From the NCBI GenBank assembly GCA_965205835.1, contig OZ242182.1:1334361-1398360 (forward strand): 64,000 bases of DNA, read 5' to 3'. Positions 51,556-58,587 of this stretch are shown one piece after another. Made by a program: the position numbers and the translations under genes. Below the pieces are notes generated by a model. That model searched no databases. It was not told the origin of the DNA and saw nothing but the letters and a program-made list of their open reading frames with translations. How positions within the stretch are numbered: the first letter of the stretch is position 1; the number at the start of each line of letters is the position of its first letter. Source of the stretch: Nitrospinales bacterium. GTDB lineage: Bacteria; Nitrospinota; Nitrospinia; Nitrospinales; VA-1.

Positions 51556-51966
51556 ATGTATTTGGTTGATACCTCTGTTTGGATAGATTATTTCAACACC
51601 ACTCAAACACTTTCCAGTGGTTTTTTACGAAAAATACTCATATCAAAATCAACAATAGGCATAAACAATCACATTTATATGGAAGTGTTACAAGGCATCA
51701 GTAACAATAAAGTGCGTAATAATATAAAAGAAAGTTTAAATTTACATGCTTTCCATCCATTTATAAAAAACAAGGAAAGCTATGAAAACGCGGCATTTAT
51801 CTATAGCAGTTGCCGTGAAAAAGGCATCACCATTCGTTCAAGCACTGATTGCCTGGTCGCCCAATGTGCTATTGAGAATGATCTGATTCTGCTGCATAAC
51901 GATAAAGATTTTGTACGAATGGCTGGGGCTGTTCCAACCTTGCAACAGGAATATACAGGCGACTGA
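51556..51966 (+). CDS. vapC: PIN-domain toxin VapC
   Basis: MYLVDTSVWIDYF (first PIN acidic residue), E.LQG, SSTDCLVAQCAI, and LLHNDKDF (last acidic residue). 136 aa. Confidence 0.88.
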   Translation: MYLVDTSVWIDYFNTTQTLSSGFLRKILISKSTIGINNHIYMEVLQGISNNKVRNNIKESLNLHAFHPFIKNKESYENAAFIYSSCREKGITIRSSTDCLVAQCAIENDLILLHNDKDFVRMAGAVPTLQQEYTGD

Positions 51967-54900
51967 TGGAATTATTTGATAAAGCCTATAATCAAGAGGC
52001 ATATCTGGATTTTTTAGCGGGCAAATTTACTTTTTCAAAAAGTTTATTGCCCATCAACATAGACAATAACGAGGTCAAGAGTTTTAAGCGGCTAGGCGCA
52101 GTCGAAACCAAAGACGACAAAACACTGTCTGTTTTTGAGATTTATGTAAAACCCAATACCCAGTTACAAAGAAACCGCGTGCGGTTACGCAACCTGGTTG
52201 CCAAAGAAATTCAAACCACCGAAGATGGAGCTTTGGCCGTCTATGTTGATGAGGAAAACAATCAATGGCGGTTTAGTTTTATTGCCATAGAATGGAAACT
52301 TACCGATGAAGGCGTTAAAGAAGAGCAAACAGCCAGCAAACGATTCACCTATCTTTTAGGCGAAAACACCCAAACCAAAACAGTAAGGGACAGGTTTGCA
52401 ACGATTGATGAACAACCAACGCTCGAAGACCTGAGACAAGCCTTTGCCGTTGAGCCACTCAACAAGGAATTTTACGACAAGCTTTATAGATGGTATGAAA
52501 AAGCGCAAAAACAGGTTGTATTCCCCAATGATGAGCAAGCAGAAAACCACGCCCAAACCAGCCTGATCCGCCTGCTCACCCGCCTGCTGTTCATCTGGTT
52601 CATAAAAGAGAAAAAGCTGATCAACGCGGATTTGTTTGATAAAGACAAATTACAAAAACTGATTGATTACGACCAGTCCAGCAGTTTTTATAAAGCGATT
52701 CTGCAAAACCTGTTTTTCGCCACCCTCAACCGCCCGATAACTGAGCGTAGTTTTCGCACAACCACAAACGAAACAGCCAACAAGAACAACTATCTCGTTA
52801 CCAATATTTATCGCTATCAAAGTTATTTCACTAACTCCAGCAAAGACAACATTATCGCCTTATTTGAACAAACCCCGTTTTTGAATGGCGGCTTGTTTGA
52901 ATGCTTGGATCGCGAGGCAAGCGATGAAGAACAGCAGAACCATGATCGCGACCGCACCATTCGCCCCGCAAGAAGCGCCATTCGCGTTGATGGCTTTTCT
53001 GACCGCGCCGATAACCAACTAAAGTTTCCCAATGAGTTATTTTTTAGAGACGATGAACAGAATTATGGATTGATTAACCTGTTCAAACAGTATCAATTCA
53101 CCGTTGAAGAAAGCACCCCTTTGGATATAGAGGTCGCCCTTGACCCTGAGTTATTGGGCAAAGTGTTTGAAAACCTGCTTGCCAGCTATAACCCGGAAAC
53201 AGGACAACAAGCCCGCAAAGCCACCGGCAGTTTTTACACACCGCGGGAGATCGTCAGCTATATGGTGGATGAAAGTCTGAAACAATACTTCAAACAAAAC
53301 ACAGGTTTAGATGAAAGCGAAATAAATAACCTGTTTATCGAAAAAGAAAGCAGGTTGGATGACGAACGAATAAAAACCATTATTCATGCCATTGATAATC
53401 TGAAAATTCTTGATCCGGCGGTGGGTAGCGGTGCCTATCCGATGGGGATATTACAAAGACTGGTGTTTATCCTGGAAAAAATTGATCCAAAAAACACCCA
53501 CTTCAAACAGCAACAAATAAACAAGGCTGAACAAATTCAAGATGAAGCCAGCCGCGATAGCGCCATCGCGGCGATAGAACAGGTTTTTTCACGACAAAAT
53601 CAACATAACGCTTACGGCAAAAAACTCTATCTTATTGAAAACACCATTTATGGCGTGGATATTCAATCGGTCGCCATCCAGATATGCAAACTGCGGTTCT
53701 TTATCAGCCTGACCATTGAGCAAAGCCCAAATTGGGACAAAAACGAGGATTACAACATCAAAGCCCTGCCCAATCTGGAGACCAAATTTATTGTGGCAAA
53801 CAGCCTGCTGCCTTTGGGCGAGATGCCAAAGGACACAGGGTTATTTGATGAAAAAATAAAAGAGCTGCAAAAAGAATTGGCTGAAGTCAGGCATAGGCAT
53901 TTTAGTGCCAGGACCTTAACAACCAAACGTAAGTACAGAAAAGAGGACAAAACCCTACGCGAACAAATGCGGGATGAATTAACGATCGAATCTGGTATTA
54001 CCCCAGAAATAGAACAGAGTATGCAAAAAATAGTTAATTGGGATTTATACAATCAAAACACCATCGCCGACTGGTTTAATCCCGAATGGCAGTTTGGCGT
54101 TAAAAATAGCTTTGACATTGTCATTGGTAATCCGCCCTATATTCAATTGCAAAAAGACGGCGGGCGGTTGGGAAATCTTTATCAGAATCGAGATTTCAAG
54201 ACCTTTGCCAGATCGGGAGACATCTATCAACTGTTCTATGAACGGGGTATGGAATTGCTAACAGATGCGCAGGGCATACTGGCGTTTATCACCTCCAACA
54301 GTTGGATGCGTGCCAGATATGGCAAGAAACTGCGTGGATTTTTAAGCACGAAGCACAGTCCCCTGCGCCTGATAGACATGGGTCAAGATGCTTTTGAGGC
54401 GATTGTGGATACCAATATATTACTGGTCAGCACAGGCAGAGCGGAACAAGAATTCAAGGCAGTTGATATGGATTCTGTTTCCGAAAAACAGTTCCCGCCT
54501 GCCGAACGATACTGGTCGGAAATCCGGCCCGCTGGTGATATGGCCTGGAGCATATTGCCTCCTGTTGAGGAAAAGATAAAGTCCAGGATTGAACAGTTGG
54601 GCACCCCATTAAAAGACTGGGATATTCGTATTTATCGTGGAGTATTAACAGGCTTGAACGAAGCCTTTATTATTGATACCGCTAAAAGGGATGAGTTGGT
54701 TGCCGCCGACCCAAAATCTGCCGAGATTATTAAACCCATTTTACGCGGCAGGGATGTAGGGCGGTATGGGTATAAGTGGGCGGGAAAGTGGGTTATTTTA
54801 GCAAAATACCAGTCTAATCAATATTTAGAACAAGAATATCCGATTATTTATAATCATCTAAGTCAGTATGAAGAAAAATTAAAACAAAGAGGGCAATGTA

Positions 54901-55388
54901 GATACGGCGGCAAAGGCAATCAAGGGCAGCACCACTGGCTAGAATTAGATAACAATCCGGGTGATACCTATCTGGCAGAATTTGAAAAAGAAAAATTGAT
55001 TTGGATAGAACTGGTGGATAAGGGGCGTTTTGCACATGACGATAAGGAAATTTATTGCGAGGCAACCACTTTCATAATGACAGGAAGTAGTACAAAATAT
55101 CTATGCGCAATTCTAAATTCTAGTTTAGCGCATTGGTATCTTTCACAAGTTGCCCCTACATCAGGAATGGGCACGTTGCGCTGGAAAAAAATCTATATTG
55201 AGACAATACCGGTACCCTTATTGGATAAAGCCAGGCAACAGCCCTTTATAGATTTAGTCGATCAAATCCTCACCGCCAAAGAATCTGGCAAAGACACCAC
55301 CGCACTGGAAACCGAAATTGATAAGAAGGTCTATCAGCTCTACAACCTCACCGATGATGAAATCAAAATTATTGAGGCTAAAAAATGA
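51966..55388 (+). CDS. Large Eco57I/type IIG-like gamma-class N6-adenine DNA methyltransferase with a C-terminal TaqI-like target-recognition domain
   Basis: TGSFYTPREIVSYMV, then the AdoMet motif ILDPAVGSGAYP, then the catalytic IGNPPY (NPPY at 54129-54140). The C-terminal YRGVLTGLNEAFII is the TaqI_C-type TRD. The start ATG overlaps the vapC stop (TGATG). I see no clear PD-(D/E)xK motif in the N-terminal 200 aa or so. Confidence 0.88.
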   Translation: MELFDKAYNQEAYLDFLAGKFTFSKSLLPINIDNNEVKSFKRLGAVETKDDKTLSVFEIYVKPNTQLQRNRVRLRNLVAKEIQTTEDGALAVYVDEENNQWRFSFIAIEWKLTDEGVKEEQTASKRFTYLLGENTQTKTVRDRFATIDEQPTLEDLRQAFAVEPLNKEFYDKLYRWYEKAQKQVVFPNDEQAENHAQTSLIRLLTRLLFIWFIKEKKLINADLFDKDKLQKLIDYDQSSSFYKAILQNLFFATLNRPITERSFRTTTNETANKNNYLVTNIYRYQSYFTNSSKDNIIALFEQTPFLNGGLFECLDREASDEEQQNHDRDRTIRPARSAIRVDGFSDRADNQLKFPNELFFRDDEQNYGLINLFKQYQFTVEESTPLDIEVALDPELLGKVFENLLASYNPETGQQARKATGSFYTPREIVSYMVDESLKQYFKQNTGLDESEINNLFIEKESRLDDERIKTIIHAIDNLKILDPAVGSGAYPMGILQRLVFILEKIDPKNTHFKQQQINKAEQIQDEASRDSAIAAIEQVFSRQNQHNAYGKKLYLIENTIYGVDIQSVAIQICKLRFFISLTIEQSPNWDKNEDYNIKALPNLETKFIVANSLLPLGEMPKDTGLFDEKIKELQKELAEVRHRHFSARTLTTKRKYRKEDKTLREQMRDELTIESGITPEIEQSMQKIVNWDLYNQNTIADWFNPEWQFGVKNSFDIVIGNPPYIQLQKDGGRLGNLYQNRDFKTFARSGDIYQLFYERGMELLTDAQGILAFITSNSWMRARYGKKLRGFLSTKHSPLRLIDMGQDAFEAIVDTNILLVSTGRAEQEFKAVDMDSVSEKQFPPAERYWSEIRPAGDMAWSILPPVEEKIKSRIEQLGTPLKDWDIRIYRGVLTGLNEAFIIDTAKRDELVAADPKSAEIIKPILRGRDVGRYGYKWAGKWVILAKYQSNQYLEQEYPIIYNHLSQYEEKLKQRGQCRYGGKGNQGQHHWLELDNNPGDTYLAEFEKEKLIWIELVDKGRFAHDDKEIYCEATTFIMTGSSTKYLCAILNSSLAHWYLSQVAPTSGMGTLRWKKIYIETIPVPLLDKARQQPFIDLVDQILTAKESGKDTTALETEIDKKVYQLYNLTDDEIKIIEAKK

Positions 55389-57112
55389 TTACCAAAATCA
55401 GTATTAAACGCTTTAAGCAAATCTCTGATGAAACCATCGATCTTGAACCGGTGGTGGTATTGGTCGGACCTAATAATAGCGGCAAGACCAGTCTATTGCA
55501 GGCATTTTCGCTATTAGCAATAGCAATCAAGGTATGGGCTGAAAAACGCCTTGATAATCCAACCAAACAAAATCAACGCACGGGTATTGCGATTAATTTA
55601 AACGATATAAATATACCAGCCGCTGAGTTTAAAGAGCTATGGCAAAATACTAAAACCAGAGAAGGCAATACCACTAAAAAAGGTACAACGCCCATCAAGA
55701 TAGAAATCCATGCCAAAGGAAAGAGCTATGACCAAGAGCAAAAAACAAAGTCATGGGAAGTAGGTTTTGAATTTAGTTATCAGCGAGATAGTGTTATTTA
55801 CACCAAACTCATTGATGGCTATCAGTTTGAAACTATTTTAACGAGAGAAAGTATTGGTTTTTTGCCGTCTATATCTGGTCTTACTCTTAAAGAAGACAAA
55901 TTAGAGATGGGTTCTATTCTTCGCCGTATTAGTGAGGGGCAGACTGCTACGGTGCTGAGGAATATTTGTTACCATTTATATGAAAACAACCAACAAGGCT
56001 GGAATGGTCTCGTCAAAAGTATTAAGGATTTATTTGCCATTGAGTTAAACACGCCCAGGTATTATCCGAATAGTGGCTTGTTGGAACTCAACTATAATGA
56101 AACCACTAATAAAAAAATGTCGCTTTCCGCACTCGGTAGTGGTGCAAAACAGGCCATTTTACTATTTGCCTATCTAGGTGCGTTTAAAAATACTATTAGT
56201 TTACTTGATGAGCCTGATGCCCACCTTGAAGTCATTAAACAAGCTAATGTTTATTATAGTTTGAGTGATTTTGCTAAACGGAATAATAGCCAGCTAATTA
56301 TTGCCAGCCATTCAGAAAGCGTGCTTAATGCCGCTAAAGATGACTTAATAATTTCATCTATGTCGGGTAAGTTTGAAAAAGAATCCGCCAAGGATATTAA
56401 AGCTTTTTTAAAAGATTATCCTTATGAGCAATACTTGTTAGCCAAACAAAAGCCTTTTATCTTATATTATGAAGGCACTACTGATTTGGCTTTTATACGA
56501 GCATTTTGCAAAAAATTAGGCAAACAGGAATACCTTGAGCAATTAAATACAGCTATCTATCCTTTTTCGCTTGATGGTAATGATACGGGTAAAGCAAAAA
56601 AACATTTTTCTGCCCTAAAGAAATACCTGCCCAATCTAAAAGGTTTTGCTTTATTTGATAAACTGAACACGGATAATTTTAAAGACATTCCAGAAGGTCC
56701 AAAGCAGGACGAGCCTTTTGGAGACATTCCAAAAGATCTAAAAATGCGTCAATGGCAACGTAACGAAATAGAAAACTATATTCCTGTGCCCGGCACACTG
56801 ATGAATCATGTCAACGCACAACCTGGAGATTTGTTTTCTCAAACTTACCCATCAAGATTAGAGCGTATTCTAAAAGAGAACATACCTCCTGTTGCCTATG
56901 ATAATTTAAAAGATGACTTTTGGGTGGAGACTAAAATAAGCGATTTTCTCACCAAAATTTTTGAGCAATTTTTAGATGAAACCAGTCAGCCCAGAGGCAC
57001 AATGGATAAATCAAAATTTTATCTATTAGTTGATTATATTGACAAGAACCTGTTGGATGATGAGTTAAAAGAAACGCTTGATAACATATTTACTCATTTA
57101 GCAAAACCCTGA
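55385..57112 (+). CDS. ABC/AAA-type ATPase fused to a TOPRIM-like (DUF4435/OLD-like) C-terminal domain
   Basis: Walker A GPNNSGKTS (55466-55489), signature-like LSALGSGAKQ, Walker B LLDEPDAHLE, and an IIASHSE H-loop. The C-terminal half has ILYYEGTTD (EGxxD at 56471-56485), FALFDKL and RNEIENYI (56765-56779). The ATG overlaps the methyltransferase stop (ATGA). Confidence 0.8.
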   Translation: MITKISIKRFKQISDETIDLEPVVVLVGPNNSGKTSLLQAFSLLAIAIKVWAEKRLDNPTKQNQRTGIAINLNDINIPAAEFKELWQNTKTREGNTTKKGTTPIKIEIHAKGKSYDQEQKTKSWEVGFEFSYQRDSVIYTKLIDGYQFETILTRESIGFLPSISGLTLKEDKLEMGSILRRISEGQTATVLRNICYHLYENNQQGWNGLVKSIKDLFAIELNTPRYYPNSGLLELNYNETTNKKMSLSALGSGAKQAILLFAYLGAFKNTISLLDEPDAHLEVIKQANVYYSLSDFAKRNNSQLIIASHSESVLNAAKDDLIISSMSGKFEKESAKDIKAFLKDYPYEQYLLAKQKPFILYYEGTTDLAFIRAFCKKLGKQEYLEQLNTAIYPFSLDGNDTGKAKKHFSALKKYLPNLKGFALFDKLNTDNFKDIPEGPKQDEPFGDIPKDLKMRQWQRNEIENYIPVPGTLMNHVNAQPGDLFSQTYPSRLERILKENIPPVAYDNLKDDFWVETKISDFLTKIFEQFLDETSQPRGTMDKSKFYLLVDYIDKNLLDDELKETLDNIFTHLAKP

Positions 57113-57130
57113 AAATATCAGCTAACTGGT

Positions 57131-57176
57131 CTATAAACACTACAACCTCACCGCTGATGAAATCAAAATCATTGAA
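57131..57176 (+). pseudogene. Short relic of a methyltransferase 3' end (copy 2)
   Basis: ctataaacactacaacctcaccgctgatgaaatcaaaatcattga aligns with 55331-55375 (ctatcagctctacaacctcaccgatgatgaaatcaaaattattga). Confidence 0.75.
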
Positions 57177-57265
57177 ATCAAGGTCACTCCTGCACACAAA
57201 AAACAACGTCACTCCCGAAAAACACCGCCACTTCCAAAAAAAAAACCATCATTCCCGAAAAAAAC

Positions 57266-57626
57266 CGTCATTCCCGCGCAGGCGGGAATCCAGCGAATAA
57301 CACCATGAGCCACAAACAACCTGCTGTTTATATTTTGGCAAGCCAACCTAATGGTACGTTATACACTGGCGTTACTTCTGATTTAATCAAACGTGTCTGG
57401 GAACATAAAAATCATTTGGTCAAAGGATTCAGTCAAAAATATAACGTAGACCTTTTGGTCTATTTCGAATTGCATGCAGATATGTATGTTGCAATTACGC
57501 GTGAAAAGCAAATCAAGAAATGGAAGCGGGCATGGAAGCTGAGGTTGATTGAAGATAAGAATCCACATTGGAGGGATTTATATAAAGATTTGGTTTGACT
57601 GGATTCCCGCCTGCGCGGGAATGACG
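57266..57626 (+). mobile_element. GIY-YIG gene bracketed by perfect 28-bp inverted repeats (candidate mini mobile/selfish unit)
   Basis: 57266-57293 (cgtcattcccgcgcaggcgggaatccag) is the exact reverse complement of 57599-57626. Each arm contains its own hairpin (tcccgc/gcggga). Degenerate direct copies of the arm lie at 57207-57226 and 57247-57266, with a partial copy at about 57636-57648. Confidence 0.7.
57305..57598 (+). CDS. GIY-YIG nuclease family protein (small UPF0213/COG2827-like)
   Basis: PAVYILAS..NGTLYTGVTSDLIKRVWEHK......F...Y.V..LVYFE......AI.REKQIKKW.R..K..LI is the canonical small GIY-YIG layout. 97 aa. Confidence 0.88.
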   Translation: MSHKQPAVYILASQPNGTLYTGVTSDLIKRVWEHKNHLVKGFSQKYNVDLLVYFELHADMYVAITREKQIKKWKRAWKLRLIEDKNPHWRDLYKDLV

Positions 57627-58061
57627 AATAGGAGAAGCGGGAATGACGTTCCAGACGAGAGCGAGGTCAATCGTTTATTGATATTAACGGCAGTAGTAAC
57701 TCGCCAAATTTTGGATAACGCTAATGACAAATATAAAGCAATAGAGGGAAAAGAATGTGGTGAATTTTGGTACAATTATCCTGATGACGATGGTATACCT
57801 TTAGATATTCGAAAGGCTTGCAATATGATTATTCATGCTACAGATATTGTGATGAAGACGGGCGAGTATTATTATCGTGAAGAAGGAGATGAAAGCGGCC
57901 CCGCACAACAAGATAAGGGGTATTTTCAAGGTAAAATAATGATAACAGGACAAAATAAACGCCGGGGCAGAGGTAAAAGCAGTGAGCGTGCTGAATTGGA
58001 TTTAACAGAATTTACACAACATTGTGTCGAACTTAGCGGTAGAATCGAGGAAGGAGGGTAG
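57621..58061 (+). CDS. Hypothetical protein, start uncertain (possibly N-terminally truncated by the GIY-YIG unit)
   Basis: The ORF is open from 57549, but its 5' part overlaps the GIY-YIG CDS and the right inverted repeat. Possible starts are ATG 57621 (inside the repeat) or TTG 57678 (GAGGT 10 nt upstream). I recognise no family. Confidence 0.35.
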   Translation: MTNRRSGNDVPDESEVNRLLILTAVVTRQILDNANDKYKAIEGKECGEFWYNYPDDDGIPLDIRKACNMIIHATDIVMKTGEYYYREEGDESGPAQQDKGYFQGKIMITGQNKRRGRGKSSERAELDLTEFTQHCVELSGRIEEGG

Positions 58062-58065
58062 GACC

Positions 58066-58284
58066 ATGACAGCATACAGAGACACTTACAAATACCATAT
58101 CAAACGAGGCAATAAAATTTTGCACACTGGCATTACTAATGATTTACGGCGCCGTGAGCACGAACACCAACAAAACTATGGTGGTGCTGTCCATATCAAG
58201 CAGGTTGGCAATCGCACCACCCGCGAAGCCGCTTTACAATGGGAAGACGAACAACGACAGAAGGGAAAACCGGTAGGTCCCTGA
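58066..58284 (+). CDS. Small GIY-YIG-like protein
   Basis: ATG at 58066 with an AAGGAGGG RBS (58051-58058). YKYHIKRGNKILHTGITNDLRRREHEH...ALQWEDEQR follows the GIY...YIG...R..EH...E pattern. 72 aa. Confidence 0.6.
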   Translation: MTAYRDTYKYHIKRGNKILHTGITNDLRRREHEHQQNYGGAVHIKQVGNRTTREAALQWEDEQRQKGKPVGP

Positions 58285-58449
58285 TCAAGTTATCATCGTT
58301 CTGACTGCTTCTTGCGCAAAGGCGCTCTATTGATGGGGTGACTCCTGTCACTCCTTATCCACGGGCGCTGTATGGGCGGCTTCCATACAGAGGCTATGTA
58401 TCAGTTCCTGAAATAGGGATAAAAATAGAGCGCGCAAATTAACAATTAA

Positions 58450-58587
58450 TGCCAGAGACTATCCATCCCCATTGCCAAAAAATCTAGCAAAGACACCACC
58501 GCCATGGAAGCCGAAATTGATAAGAGGGTCTATCAGTTCTACAACCTCACCGCTGATGAAATAAATATTATCGAAGATAAAAAATGA
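58450..58587 (+). pseudogene. Relic of a second methyltransferase gene 3' end (copy 3)
   Basis: It translates as ...IAKKSSKDTTAMEAEIDKRVYQFYNLTADEINIIEDKK*, against the intact gene's LTAKESGKDTTALETEIDKKVYQLYNLTDDEIKIIEAKK*. It ends in the same AAAAAATGA stop/start overlap with the next gene. Confidence 0.85.

Noticed and set aside
51966-52600. A PD-(D/E)xK nuclease motif in the methyltransferase N-terminus, which would make it a complete type IIG/IIL enzyme.
   Set aside because: The only candidate (DDKTLSVFEIYVK) does not fit the D...ExK spacing. This cannot be decided without profile or structure comparison, so I made no nuclease call.
47924-57112. Classifying the island core as DISARM or BREX.
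   Set aside because: There is no DrmA (DEAD helicase)/DrmB (DUF1998) pair for DISARM. There is no PglZ, BrxC or BrxL for BREX. Only the PLD, SNF2 and methyltransferase components are shared.
57678-58061. A HEPN-like Rx4-6H motif in DIRKACNMIIHATD.
   Set aside because: The spacing is Rx7H and the usual Asn after the Arg is missing, so there is not enough to call HEPN.
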